Counted from the stretch's first letter, positions 1 through 11,422 are shown. The stretch: 64,000 bases of DNA from Planctomycetota bacterium (GCA_030066775.1 JASJAY010000001.1:4612-68611); one strand, 5' to 3'. Numbers and translations: made by a program. The notes: generated by a model from the letters alone, not told the origin.

Positions 1-720
1 CGAGCTCGGTGTACACGGCGTTCAGGTTCACGCGCAGCTCGCCGCCCTCGGGCGCCGGATGGGCCTGGACGCGGGCAACGAGTCCGGCGTTGCTCACGAG
101 AACGATCGGATCGGAGATGCTCGCGCCCTTGGCGACCTCGACGTCGTAGTCGCAGACGTAGCTGTGCTGGAACCCCTCCCAGGCCACGGCGCGTTGGCGC
201 GGCAGGGCCGAAAGGGACACCGCGGCCAGCGCGGTGCCCTTCTCCTCGAGCCCGGCGTCGGCGGCCGGCACGACCCGCACGTCGATCGACATCGGCGTCA
301 GCGCGTCGCGCTCGATCTTCGCGAGGTACACCCCGATCTGGTCGTGGTGGGCACGCGGGCAGCGCGCCACGAGACGGGACTCGCCGATGGTCAGGATGTC
401 GGCCCCGTCCGTCTCCTCCCACATGGCCGGGTCGACGGACTGCTTGATCAGCTCGATCAGCTCGTCGGCCGTGCCGTACGGATAGAACGGCTCCTCCGCC
501 TCGATGCCGAAGAGCGGAGACTCCTCGTTGCTCACGCCGTCGAACTCGGAGGGCGCGGTGGGACGGATCCAGTCCTGGATGCCGTGGGTCAGGGCGCCGA
601 TCTCGTACAGCCGCGTCGTGAGCGGGCCGCGGCTGCGCTCCTCGTCCGCGCCACCGGGAGGCGCGGCCATCGGCAGAAGCAGAAGGAGGGCGATGAGCAA
701 GGCGAAGTGGCGTCGCATCG
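1..720 (-). CDS. Secreted hypothetical protein (partial; C-terminus lies beyond the window edge)
   Basis: Minus-strand frame opens with ATG at 720 and translates as MRRHFALLIALLLLPMAAPPGGA..., a signal-peptide-like N-terminus. Amino-acid composition is balanced and the frame stays open to position 1. The overlapping plus-strand ORF 59..826 is Arg/Gly-rich and looks spurious. Confidence 0.5.
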
Positions 721-837
721 AAAGAGTCTCCAGCAGTCGGACGCCGTCCGGTCGGCGCCGCCCCTTGGACGCGATCCTACCGGGATCCGGTCCAACGGTG
801 GGGCGTCCGGACCGCCCGTCGGCTAGGCTTCGCGGCC

Positions 838-1746
838 ATGGACGCCGTGGCCAAGGCCCGCATGCAGATGCTCGGTGCCGCGCTGCTCTTCTCCACGGGC
901 GGCGCGGCGATCAAGGCGTGCGACCTCACGGGCTGGCAGGTGGCGTGCTTCCGGAGCGGGGTGGGGGCGATCGCCCTGGCGCTCTTCCTGCCCGCATCGC
1001 GGCGGCGCTGGACCTGGCGCACGGGGGTGGTGGCGGTGGCCTACGCCGCGACGCTGATCCTCTACGTGCTCGCCAACAAGCTGACCACGGCGGCGAACGC
1101 GATCTTCCTGCAGTCCACGGCGCCGCTCTACCTGCTGTTGATCGCGCCCTACCTGCTGCGCGAGCCGATCCGGCGCCGCGACCTGTTCTTCATGTGCGCC
1201 CTAGGCGTCGGGCTCGCGCTCTTCTTCGTGGGGATGGAGCCGCCGCAGAAGACGGCGCCCGATCCCTTCCTCGGCAACGTGCTCGGGGCGGCTGCGGCCG
1301 TCACGTGGGCGCTCACGGTGGCCGGGCTGCGCTGGCTCGCCCGCGCGGAGCGGCACCCCGGCGGCTCGCCGTCCGGGGCGGCGGCGGGCGCGGCCGTGGC
1401 GGGCAATGCGCTGGTCTTCCTCGTGGCCCTGCCCTTCGCCCTGCCCGTCGAGCAGTCCACCGTCACGGACTGGGTCTGGATCGCCTACCTGGGCGCGTTC
1501 CAGATCGGCCTGGCCTATCTCTTCATGACGGCGGGCGTGCGCCGCGTGCCCGCGCTCGAGGCCTCGCTGCTCCTGCTCGTGGAGCCCGTGCTCAACACTG
1601 TGTGGGCCTTCCTGGTGCACGGGGAGGTGCCGGCGCCGTGGTCCCTGGTGGGCGCGCTGGTGATCCTCGTCGCCACGGCCGTGCACGCCGTGGCGGCCGC
1701 GCGCGGGGGCTCGGAAAGGCGTCGGCAATCGGCCCCCGAGGCGTAG
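838..1746 (+). CDS. EamA/DMT-superfamily membrane transporter
   Basis: 302 aa polytopic membrane protein (about 10 hydrophobic segments) with the duplicated EamA-like architecture typical of RhaT/DMT permeases. Confidence 0.75.
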   Translation: MDAVAKARMQMLGAALLFSTGGAAIKACDLTGWQVACFRSGVGAIALALFLPASRRRWTWRTGVVAVAYAATLILYVLANKLTTAANAIFLQSTAPLYLLLIAPYLLREPIRRRDLFFMCALGVGLALFFVGMEPPQKTAPDPFLGNVLGAAAAVTWALTVAGLRWLARAERHPGGSPSGAAAGAAVAGNALVFLVALPFALPVEQSTVTDWVWIAYLGAFQIGLAYLFMTAGVRRVPALEASLLLLVEPVLNTVWAFLVHGEVPAPWSLVGALVILVATAVHAVAAARGGSERRRQSAPEA

Positions 1747-1775
1747 ATTCAGGCTCCCCCCAGGCAGGAGTGGTC

Positions 1776-3401
<1,626 letters not shown>

Positions 3402-3460
3402 GCCCTACGTCGAAGGCTCGGGTGGAGGGAGGCCGCACCTGCGGCTACCTTGAGGCCTCC

Positions 3461-4879
3461 ATGCGACGCGCGCTTCCCTTGCTTGTGCTCCTGCTCGTTT
3501 TCGCGGGCGGGCTGCCGGCCGCCGCCGAGGACTGGAACGACGCCAAGAGCGCGTTCAAGAAGGCGCTGCGCTCCGAGGACTGGAAGACGCGCGCCACGGC
3601 CTTCGGCGAGCTGGCCTACTACGACGGTACGAAAGCCGTCCAGGAGATCCTCAAGGTCCTCGCCAAGGAGAAGAACGAGGCCGTCGCGCTCGCGGCCGTG
3701 AAGGCCCTGGCGGCCTTCGTCACGGACGAGGCGAAGGCCGAGCTGGAGAAGCAGCTCAAGACGTCCAAGGGCCAGAAGCGGCTCTACATCATGCTCGTCC
3801 TGGAGCAGCAGCCGGGCAACCACGGCAGCTCCATCATGATGGAGTTCCTGGCGGGCGAGAAGGACCTGGCGCTCAAGTGTCAGGCGGCGCTCGTGCTGGC
3901 CAACCGACAGGTCAAGGCCGCGCTCCCGTACTTCTACAACATGTGCTTCCACAAGGACTGGCACGTGCGGTCGGCGGGGGCACGCGCGCTCGAGATCATG
4001 GCCGGCAAGAAGCCGGAGAAGCCGACGGACCCGAAGGAGAAGCCGAAGCCCTGGGTGCCCGAGTGGTATCCGAAGGACAAGGTCGTGGGCGTGCTCATCG
4101 ACGCCTTCGAGCAGGCCGATGGCGCCGAGCGTCGCGCCATGCTCTCCGCCCTCGAGCGCGTGACGAAGCAGCAGTTCGGCTGGGACGTGCCGGCTTGGCG
4201 TGCGCTCCAGAAGGGCACGCCCGTCGAGAAGATCAAGCGCAAGCCCAAGCACCCGCCGTACTTCTTCGGCGTTCCCGTCTGGGGCAAGCGCGTCGCGATC
4301 GTCACGACGATCAACCACCGCATCAGCGAGCCGCACAACTACACCGACAAGAAGCGCCTCCAGGAGCTCTGCGAGGTGCCCGGCGCGCGCAGCGTGGCCT
4401 GGCCGAAGATCAAGACCAACCGCCACTTCATGATGAAGCACATGATCCGCACGGTGCTCGACATGGAGAGCGGTACGAAGTTCAACGTCTACCTGGCCGG
4501 CCAGAAGGTCGAGTCGCTCTTCCCCAAGCTCGTCTCCGCCAACCGCAGCACGAAGAACACCGTCAGCGAGGAGCTCGAGGAGGTGAAGTCCGACGCGGGC
4601 AACGACGCCTACACGTCCCTGATGGAGGCGCTCGACCTCGGCGGGTCCAAGGACAGCGCCGCCTGGAGCAAGGGCCCGGACGAGATCCTCTACGTCTCCT
4701 GCGCGATCCCCTGGCTCGCCGAGGTGACGGATCAGCAGGTGATCGGCGCTTCGGTGGGGCTGAAGGCCCGCCGCCGGATGGTGCCGATCGTGGCCGTGGG
4801 CGTGGGGGAGCACCCCTACGAGCTGATGGAGCTCATGGCCGAGCTCACCGGCGGCCTCTACCGTTCGCTCGAGCGCTGA
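3461..4879 (+). CDS. Secreted HEAT/ARM-like repeat protein with a possible VWA-like C-terminal region
   Basis: Signal peptide MRRALPLLVLLLVFAGGLPAAA. N-terminal half is alpha-helical repeats of HEAT type (AVALAAVKALAAF; VRSAGARALEIMAG). Real start is internal to track ORF 1952..4879. Confidence 0.6.
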   Translation: MRRALPLLVLLLVFAGGLPAAAEDWNDAKSAFKKALRSEDWKTRATAFGELAYYDGTKAVQEILKVLAKEKNEAVALAAVKALAAFVTDEAKAELEKQLKTSKGQKRLYIMLVLEQQPGNHGSSIMMEFLAGEKDLALKCQAALVLANRQVKAALPYFYNMCFHKDWHVRSAGARALEIMAGKKPEKPTDPKEKPKPWVPEWYPKDKVVGVLIDAFEQADGAERRAMLSALERVTKQQFGWDVPAWRALQKGTPVEKIKRKPKHPPYFFGVPVWGKRVAIVTTINHRISEPHNYTDKKRLQELCEVPGARSVAWPKIKTNRHFMMKHMIRTVLDMESGTKFNVYLAGQKVESLFPKLVSANRSTKNTVSEELEEVKSDAGNDAYTSLMEALDLGGSKDSAAWSKGPDEILYVSCAIPWLAEVTDQQVIGASVGLKARRRMVPIVAVGVGEHPYELMELMAELTGGLYRSLER

Positions 4880-4932
4880 CGCGGACCCTCGCCCTGGTAG
4901 AATTGTGGGGTCTACGGTCTGGGAGAAGCCCC

Positions 4933-5940
4933 ATGCTGCGTACGCGCACCCTGCTCGCCCTCTTCGCCCTTCTCATCGCCCTGGCGCCCGCCGCCGTTGC
5001 CGATGACGAGGTCCAGCTCGCCACCGACGAGGAGGCCAAGGAGGCCCTCGCGGTCTTCAAGAAGGAGTACAAGGCCAAGGGCCTCAAGGGCGACGACAAG
5101 CTGATGCAGCGCGACTTCGCCATGAAGAACCTGGTGAAGACGCAGCACAAGATGATCGCCGACGAGCTCGGCAAGCTCGTCAAGAAGAACGACGAGGACA
5201 TCCGCACCCTCGCCGTGATCTACCTCGGCGAGATGCGCGGCGTGCCCGGCACGGCCGGCAAGCACATCGTTGCCGCGATGAAGAAGCACAAGAAGGACAC
5301 GATCTTCCTGATGTCGGCGCTCGACGCGGTCGGCTACCTGCGCTACCTCGGCGCCGGCGACGAGATCGTGGACCTGATGAACCACAAGGACTTCGCGCTG
5401 AAGAAGTACGCCATCCGCTCGGCCGGCTGGATCCAGGACATCCGCTTGATGCCTGCGCTCTTGAAGCTGCTCGGCATCGAGGTCAAGGCGGACAAGGGTG
5501 ACTCCGGCAAGGAAAGCGACAAGGGCGACGGCGGCAAGGAGGCGGAAGTCGAAGAGGGCTACTCCTGGGACGGCGTCGAGGTCAACTACGACACCGGCAC
5601 CCCCGGCGACCACGATCAGAAGATGGCCGAGAAGATCGGCAAGGAGCAGCTCGCCAAGAACAAGGCCGCGGCCGAGGCCAAGGCCGGCAAGAGCGGCGCG
5701 ACGGGCATGGCCGGTGCCTCGACCGGCGGCGCCGGCGGCCCCCGGACGGGCGGCGGCGCGACGAGCCGCACGCTCGAGGAGCTGGCTCCCAACATCCTCA
5801 AGGCGCTCAAGAACATGACCGGCGAGGAGTTCGAGAAGGGCCGCGAGATCAAGCTCTGGCTGCGCGTGAACGGCAAGAAGATCCGCGAGCTCGAGAAGCG
5901 CTACGACCGTCGCGAGAAGGCGCAGCGCAAGGGCGCGTAG
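4933..5940 (+). CDS. Secreted HEAT-like repeat protein with a Lys/Gly-rich low-complexity C-terminal half
   Basis: Signal peptide MLRTRTLLALFALLIALAPAAVA, followed by HEAT-like helices (IRTLAVIYLGEMRG; IRSAGWIQD). Same architecture as the upstream gene; start is internal to ORF 3877..5940. Confidence 0.6.
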   Translation: MLRTRTLLALFALLIALAPAAVADDEVQLATDEEAKEALAVFKKEYKAKGLKGDDKLMQRDFAMKNLVKTQHKMIADELGKLVKKNDEDIRTLAVIYLGEMRGVPGTAGKHIVAAMKKHKKDTIFLMSALDAVGYLRYLGAGDEIVDLMNHKDFALKKYAIRSAGWIQDIRLMPALLKLLGIEVKADKGDSGKESDKGDGGKEAEVEEGYSWDGVEVNYDTGTPGDHDQKMAEKIGKEQLAKNKAAAEAKAGKSGATGMAGASTGGAGGPRTGGGATSRTLEELAPNILKALKNMTGEEFEKGREIKLWLRVNGKKIRELEKRYDRREKAQRKGA

Positions 5941-6025
5941 CCTTCACACCGCACACCAGGTCCGAATTGAAGCAGGCCGGCATGTACGTGCCGGCCTGTT
6001 TCGTTATCGGGGAAGGAGCGCGCGC

Positions 6026-7030
6026 CTACTTGTCGCGATAGGGCTTGTGGCAGCGGACGCACAGGTCCTTCACGATCGCCAGCTTCTTGTCCGAGAGGTC
6101 GCGCGATGCCTCGTCACCGTCGATGTACGCCTTGACCGAGGTCTTGAGCTCCTTGACGCCCGTGACCGAATCCGCCATCCACTTGCGGTAGTCCGCGGGA
6201 CGCTTCGACGTGTCGGCCAACGCGTGCATCTGCTCGAACTGCTCGAAGAGCTTCGTCGTCTCGTTGACGGGATCGATGTCGGGGTGCGCCGCGTCGCTCT
6301 TCCAGCCGTTCTTCTTGAGCCACTTCACGTTGTCCCAGGTGCGCGTCATGTCGACCATGCCGGCGCGGAGCCCCGTGATCTCGTGCTTCGAGGGGAAGTC
6401 CCACTCGTACGCCTCGGTCTCCTTCGCCGTGGGCAGCGCGTCATTGGCGATGGACTTGTAGAGGCCGGTGTACTTGGCGGCCGTGCCGCACCACTGGCGC
6501 ATCTCGGCCAGCGCCAGCTCGCGGCTGGCGCCGTCGAGCAGGACGCGGCCCACGGCTGCGGCCGCGGGACCGCGGTGCTTGCCGTGGAAGCAGTGCACGT
6601 AGAAGGGACCCGGCAGCTCGCGGAACGTCTTCGCGATCTGCAGCATCTGCGCCTTCGACAGTCCGCCGTAGCGGATCGGCACGTGGACGTAGCGCATCCC
6701 GAGCTTCTCGGCGAGCTCGACGTTGGGCGCCTTGCCGTCCACGGAGAGGATCGTCTTCGCGCCCATCTTGGCGACGGCTTCGAGCGCCTCGTCCGTCAGC
6801 GGCTCACCGCCAGAGAGGATGTTCTCGGAGAGCTCGAAGACGTTGTGCAGGTCCTCGCGCTCGAAGGGCTCGACCTCGGGCAGCTCCGTGCGGCCGGCCC
6901 AGTCGTAAGCGGGCGTGCTGGACGCCAGCGGGGGCGGGACGGCGCCTGCCTCGGCCACCTGCTCGCTTCCGCACCCGGTCAGCGGGAGGGCCAGGAGGGC
7001 GGCGAGAGCGAGGGGAAGCGTGCGAATCAT
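6026..7030 (-). CDS. Lipoprotein with a PTP/DSP-like CX5R phosphatase signature and a C-terminal CXXCH motif
   Basis: Start MIRTLPLALAALLALPLTGC (lipobox LTGC) is internal to ORF 6026..7153. Contains VHCFHGKHRG (HCxxGxxR P-loop) and C-terminal LCVRCHKPYRDK (CXXCH). Confidence 0.6.
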   Translation of the reverse strand: MIRTLPLALAALLALPLTGCGSEQVAEAGAVPPPLASSTPAYDWAGRTELPEVEPFEREDLHNVFELSENILSGGEPLTDEALEAVAKMGAKTILSVDGKAPNVELAEKLGMRYVHVPIRYGGLSKAQMLQIAKTFRELPGPFYVHCFHGKHRGPAAAAVGRVLLDGASRELALAEMRQWCGTAAKYTGLYKSIANDALPTAKETEAYEWDFPSKHEITGLRAGMVDMTRTWDNVKWLKKNGWKSDAAHPDIDPVNETTKLFEQFEQMHALADTSKRPADYRKWMADSVTGVKELKTSVKAYIDGDEASRDLSDKKLAIVKDLCVRCHKPYRDK

Positions 7031-7188
7031 GGGGGGAGACTCCTGCGTGCGTGCGTATGGGTGTCGTGAAACGCACACGCCGTACCACGGCCGCGGGCCC
7101 CAATTTCTGGGGCTCGGGGCAGTCGAGTGTAACGCTCGCGCTACACCGGTCACCGTTCCGGAAGGACCCCGGTGTTACCGTCCCGCGC

Positions 7189-8235
7189 GTGCGCCTCGAG
7201 GACCTCGAATACGACCTGCCGCCGGCCTTGATCGCCCAGGAGCCCCCGGCTCGCCGGGGCGACTCGCGCCTGCTCGTCCTGCCCCGCTCCGAGGGCCCGG
7301 TCCGGCACCAGGGCATCGCCGATCTAGGCACCCTGCTGAGCCCCGGCGACCTGTTGGTCGTGAACGACACCCGCGTGCTGGCAGCGCGCCTGGACGCGCG
7401 GCGCGAGACCGGCGGCCGGGTCGAGGTGCTGTTCCTCGAGCCGGTCCCGGGCCTCGAGGGCGTCTGGAGCGCGCTGCTCAAGGCCGGTGGGCGACCCCAG
7501 CCGGGGGAGCGCCTCGAGGTGGGGCTGGACGTGGGAATCCGCCTCGTGGCGCGCGGAGCGGGCGCGACCTGGCATGTGCGCCCCGAGGGCGCCACGGCCG
7601 CCGAGCTGATGGCCACGTACGGGCGCATGCCGCTACCGCCCTACATCGAGCGGAAGGCGGGCGACGAGCGAGCGACCCTGGACGAGCGCCGCTACCAGAC
7701 CGTCTACGCCGCCACGGAGGGCGCCGTTGCGGCCCCGACGGCGGGCCTGCATCTCACGGATGCGATGCTGGCGTCCCTGCGCGAGCTGGGCGTGGAGATC
7801 GCCACGGTCACGCTCCACGTCGGCCTCGGTACGTTCGAGCCCGTCCGCGTCGACGACCTCGACGAGCACGACATGCACGTCGAGCGCTTCGAGCTGCCCG
7901 CGGCCACGGTCGAGGCGGTGCGGCGGGCTCGGGCGCGCGGGGGCCGCGTCGTTGCCGTGGGGACCACCAGCGTGCGCGCGCTCGAGGCCGCGGCCGCGGA
8001 CAGCTCCGATGACCTGCCGCGGGCCGGTGCCTCGACCACCGGGCTGCTCATCCAGCCGGGCTATCGATTCCGCGTCGTGAACAGTCTGCTCACGAACTTC
8101 CACCTGCCGCGCTCCACCCTGCTCGCCCTCGTCTTCGCCTTCGCAACCCGAGCACGCGTGCTCGACGCCTATGCGGAGGCGATTCGTAGCGGCTATCGCT
8201 TCTACAGCTACGGCGACGCCATGCTGCTCCTCTGA
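7189..8235 (+). CDS. queA: S-adenosylmethionine:tRNA ribosyltransferase-isomerase
   Basis: N-terminus VRLEDLEYDLPPALIAQEP matches the QueA consensus (cf. E. coli MRVTDFSFELPESLIAHYP). Length about 349 aa; probable GTG start inside ORF 7051..8235. Confidence 0.85.
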   Translation: MRLEDLEYDLPPALIAQEPPARRGDSRLLVLPRSEGPVRHQGIADLGTLLSPGDLLVVNDTRVLAARLDARRETGGRVEVLFLEPVPGLEGVWSALLKAGGRPQPGERLEVGLDVGIRLVARGAGATWHVRPEGATAAELMATYGRMPLPPYIERKAGDERATLDERRYQTVYAATEGAVAAPTAGLHLTDAMLASLRELGVEIATVTLHVGLGTFEPVRVDDLDEHDMHVERFELPAATVEAVRRARARGGRVVAVGTTSVRALEAAAADSSDDLPRAGASTTGLLIQPGYRFRVVNSLLTNFHLPRSTLLALVFAFATRARVLDAYAEAIRSGYRFYSYGDAMLLL

Positions 8236-8369
8236 CCCTCTCGCTGCGCAGCCGTGCGCAGGCACCCCTCGGAATCGGCCGGGTCGTCCACAATTCGATG
8301 GTTCCGATCCTCTGTATCAATCCAGTCGATAGACTCCCGCGCGAGGGGACGGCAAGGGCAGGGCAGCGG

Positions 8370-9851
8370 ATGACGGACGTCTCCCTCGAACCGGGGCAGG
8401 CCATTGACGCGGTATGGTCGGAGCGCGCGCGCGGGCTCTCGCCCGCCCAGCAGGACGCGCTCCTCGAGCGGGCGGACGCGATCCGCAACGAGCCCGAGGG
8501 TGCCGCGTCGGCGTACGGGTGCTACCTGGCGCTGCAAGAGCGCCTCCACCTCTCTCGGCCGGCGGATGTAGAGCGCACGATCTGGCTCTTCGAGCACATG
8601 GAGGTCGCCGATCCCAGCCTCATGCTCCTCGCTCGCGCTGCCGCCGAGACGACGGCGTGCACGGAGCTCTGGTTCCAGGGGCGGCTGCGGGTCGCGCAGA
8701 TCGAGCGCGAGCAGGGCCACATCCGCGCGGCCGAGAAGCTCCTGTTCGTGCTCCTGGGGGACGTCGCGGGCCAAGACGAGCGCTGGGAGGCGCTCGTGGC
8801 GGCGAACCTGTCGCTCTGCTTGCGACACCTCAACCGCGAGGTCGAGGCGCTCGTCCTCTGCCGGCGAGCCCTGGCCGGATTCGAGCGGCTCGGCGACCGG
8901 CGTCGGGCGATCCGCGTGCGTCAGGTGGTCCAGAACATCCTCATCTCGTTCCATGACTGGCGGCGCTATGAGCGTGAGCGCGAACGGCTCGAGCGCGACA
9001 TCCCCGAGCTCGCCGAAGCGGAACGTCGTCAGGTCGACATGTCGGACCTGATGATGCGCGCCCAGGCCGCCTTCGAGCGCAACGCGTTCGACACGGCGCT
9101 CGTTCACCTCGACGAGGTCGAGGCGCGGTTCTCGCATCGTCGGACTTGGGCCCTCGTGACGCGCGCGTTCGTTCTCGCCGTGATGGGGCGTGGCAGCGAG
9201 GCCCTGGCCGTGCTCGGCGCCGACCCCGCCGAGCACGAGTACGGTCCGCAGTACTCGATTCAGAACGACACCACGCGAGTCCTCTGCGCCCTCCAGAGCC
9301 AGGCGCCCGACGAGGTCGAGAAGACGGCGACCGCGTTCCTGGATCGCCTCGAGGCGGGGACCGAACCGCCGGGCAACCGGATCACCATGCTCCTGCACGT
9401 GGCCCGTGAGCTGGGGCGCCTGGGGGAGCACGGCGCGCTCGCCAAGCGCGCCTACGACCTCGCGGCAGCCGCGATCGTCGAGCGCATCCTCGAGGTCGAT
9501 CGTTTCGCCCGCGAACGGCCTACGCTCATCGAGCTCTCGGCCGAGGAGCGCAGCACGCTCGGCGAGCTGCGTATCCGCCTGCTCGCCCGGCACGAGGAGC
9601 TCATGCGTGCCGTTGGTCGGCTGCTCTTGGAGGCGCGTGCCCGCGGGGAGCCGATGCCCTCGGAGTGGTACGGCAGCGAAGGTCTGCTCTGCGTCTGTGC
9701 CTGGTGCGGGCGCATGAAGCGCGGGGACGACGGCTGGGTGCCGGTGGGGGCGTTCATCCCCGACGACAGCACGCTGCAGCTCACGCACGACATCTGTCCC
9801 GACTGCTATCACGAGCGAGCCCAGAACGGCAACGCCACCAAGTCGTCCTGA
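8370..9851 (+). CDS. Hypothetical alpha-helical protein with a C-terminal Cys-rich (zinc-ribbon-like) segment
   Basis: Balanced composition, unlike the Arg/Pro-rich antisense ORF 8208..9983. C-terminus has CVCAWCGRMK...HDICPDCYH. Start taken at MTDVSLEPG, internal to ORF 8298..9851. Confidence 0.5.
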   Translation: MTDVSLEPGQAIDAVWSERARGLSPAQQDALLERADAIRNEPEGAASAYGCYLALQERLHLSRPADVERTIWLFEHMEVADPSLMLLARAAAETTACTELWFQGRLRVAQIEREQGHIRAAEKLLFVLLGDVAGQDERWEALVAANLSLCLRHLNREVEALVLCRRALAGFERLGDRRRAIRVRQVVQNILISFHDWRRYERERERLERDIPELAEAERRQVDMSDLMMRAQAAFERNAFDTALVHLDEVEARFSHRRTWALVTRAFVLAVMGRGSEALAVLGADPAEHEYGPQYSIQNDTTRVLCALQSQAPDEVEKTATAFLDRLEAGTEPPGNRITMLLHVARELGRLGEHGALAKRAYDLAAAAIVERILEVDRFARERPTLIELSAEERSTLGELRIRLLARHEELMRAVGRLLLEARARGEPMPSEWYGSEGLLCVCAWCGRMKRGDDGWVPVGAFIPDDSTLQLTHDICPDCYHERAQNGNATKSS

Positions 9852-9880
9852 GCCGGGCAGCGCGGCGCTACCATGCCGCC

Positions 9881-11008
9881 GTGAACGACGCCCTAGACGT
9901 CCTGAAGCGCGCCGCCGCCAAGCTCGGCTTCGAGGTCGTGGGCGTGACGTCGGCCAGGCCCGTCGAGGCGGCGCTCGCAGCACTCGAGACCTGGAGCGAG
10001 GCCGGCAACGCTGCCGCGCTTGGCTACATGACGCGCAACCCCCCGGAGCGCGCCGATCCTCGCACGTTGCTCGACGGCGTGCGCACGGTGGTCACGGTGG
10101 CCGTCAACTACCACGTCGACGTGCCCGCCTTCGAGCACGAGGCACGCTTCGGTCGCGTGGCGCGATACGCCTGGGGCCTCGACTACCACGACGTCGTGAT
10201 TCCCAGGCTGCGTCAGCTCGCTGACGAGCTCGCCGCGACCTTCGGCGGCAAGGCGCGCGCCGCCTGCGACCACTCCCCGATCCTCGAGCGCGCATTCGCC
10301 GAGCGCGCGGGCCTCGGCTTCTTCGGCAAGAACACCTGCCTGCTCCTCCCGCGCAAGGGGTCGTGGTACTTCCTCGGCGAGGTGCTCCTCGAGGCCGAGC
10401 TGCCCACGACGGACCGCGAGAGCACCGACCACTGCGGCACGTGCACCGACTGCATGCCGGCCTGTCCGACGGACGCGTTCCCCGCGCCCTACGTGCTGGA
10501 TGCACGCCGCTGCATCTCGTACCTGACCATCGAGCACAAGGGCTCCATCCCGCACGACCTGCGTCCGTTGATGGGGGCCTGGGTCTTCGGCTGCGACGAC
10601 TGCCAGGACGTCTGCCCGTTCAACCGCTTCGCCAGCGAAGCCACCTGGCCCGAACTCCATCCCGATCGCGGTGTCGGTCAACGGCTCGACCTCGCCGATG
10701 TGCTCGCCATCGAGACCGACGACGCTTTCCGCGCGCGCTTCCGGAACACCCCGCTCTTGCGTCCCAAGCGTCGGGGCTTGCTCCGGAACGCCGCGATCGC
10801 AGCACGCAACGTCGAAGCCACAGCTGCCATCCCGGCCTTGCGCGCCCGCCTCAGTGATCCAGAGCCGCTGCTTCGCGAGGCGGCCCTATGGGCGCTCGAG
10901 GGACTGACGCCGGACGAAGTCCGAAATCATGCGGATATGCTTCGATCGGACGAAGACGGGGCTGTTGTGGCCGAGGCCGCCCGGATCCTGGGTGGGGGAG
11001 CGGCCTGA
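9881..11008 (+). CDS. queG: Epoxyqueuosine reductase
   Basis: N-terminus LDVLKRAAAKLGFEVVGVTSA resembles the QueG N-terminus. Two 4Fe-4S cysteine motifs (CGTCTDCMPACPT; GCDDCQDVCP). GTG at 9881 is in frame; the nearby ATG at 9873 is out of frame. Confidence 0.85.
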   Translation: MNDALDVLKRAAAKLGFEVVGVTSARPVEAALAALETWSEAGNAAALGYMTRNPPERADPRTLLDGVRTVVTVAVNYHVDVPAFEHEARFGRVARYAWGLDYHDVVIPRLRQLADELAATFGGKARAACDHSPILERAFAERAGLGFFGKNTCLLLPRKGSWYFLGEVLLEAELPTTDRESTDHCGTCTDCMPACPTDAFPAPYVLDARRCISYLTIEHKGSIPHDLRPLMGAWVFGCDDCQDVCPFNRFASEATWPELHPDRGVGQRLDLADVLAIETDDAFRARFRNTPLLRPKRRGLLRNAAIAARNVEATAAIPALRARLSDPEPLLREAALWALEGLTPDEVRNHADMLRSDEDGAVVAEAARILGGGAA

Positions 11009-11077
11009 GCCGCCCTCACGGGAATCCGTCCGCCTCACGCCCCTCCTGAGTAGACTTTGCGTCCCCATCTCTAGCGT

Positions 11078-11155
11078 CGGGGCGTGGCGCAGATTTGGTA
11101 GCGCGCCTGAATGGGGTTCAGGAGGTCGCTGGTTCGAGTCCAGTCGCCCCGACCA
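11078..11155 (+). tRNA. tRNA-Pro (anticodon GGG), CCA encoded
   Basis: Cloverleaf read by hand. Acceptor CGGGGCG/CGCCCCG, D-stem GCGC/GCGC, anticodon stem CCTGA/TCAGG with loop ATGGGGT (U33, GGG, G37), T-arm GCTGG-TTCGAGT-CCAGT, discriminator A, then CCA. Confidence 0.8.
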
Positions 11156-11171
11156 TTTCCCTTCTCCCTCC
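11135..11171 (+). repeat. Direct repeat copy 1 (attL-like): T-arm/acceptor 3' end of tRNA-Pro plus 16 nt of downstream flank
   Basis: cgagtccagtcgccccgaccatttcccttctccctcc recurs at 14610..14646 with 4 mismatches. Confidence 0.6.
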
Positions 11172-11422
11172 ACAACGGCACCCGATGAGTGACCTACGTG
11201 GATCGCTGCGACCGGGTTGGGTGGATAGCCTGCGACAGTGAGCTGCTTGCGCGCCGCCCGTCCCTCTTCCAAGTCAGTGGCGCCCAGGACGTCCTTGATG
11301 CACGACAGGGGGCCCTGTCCTTCAGGCGGAAGAGCAAGACACATCCGGAGCGGATGCCCGCTGAGAGTCCCACGACGGTCCGCAGGGGGATCCAACGGGT
11401 CGACGTAGTACGATCGCCTTCG

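Noticed and set aside
59-826. 255 aa plus-strand ORF at the window start
   Set aside because: It is Arg/Gly/Asp-rich with no sensible N-terminus. The opposite strand carries a well-composed signal-peptide protein (1..720, minus). Typical high-GC antisense artefact.
8208-9983. 591 aa minus-strand ORF covering the queA-queG interval
   Set aside because: Arg/Pro/Ala-rich low-complexity translation, and an exact antisense shadow of the well-composed plus-strand gene at 8370..9851.
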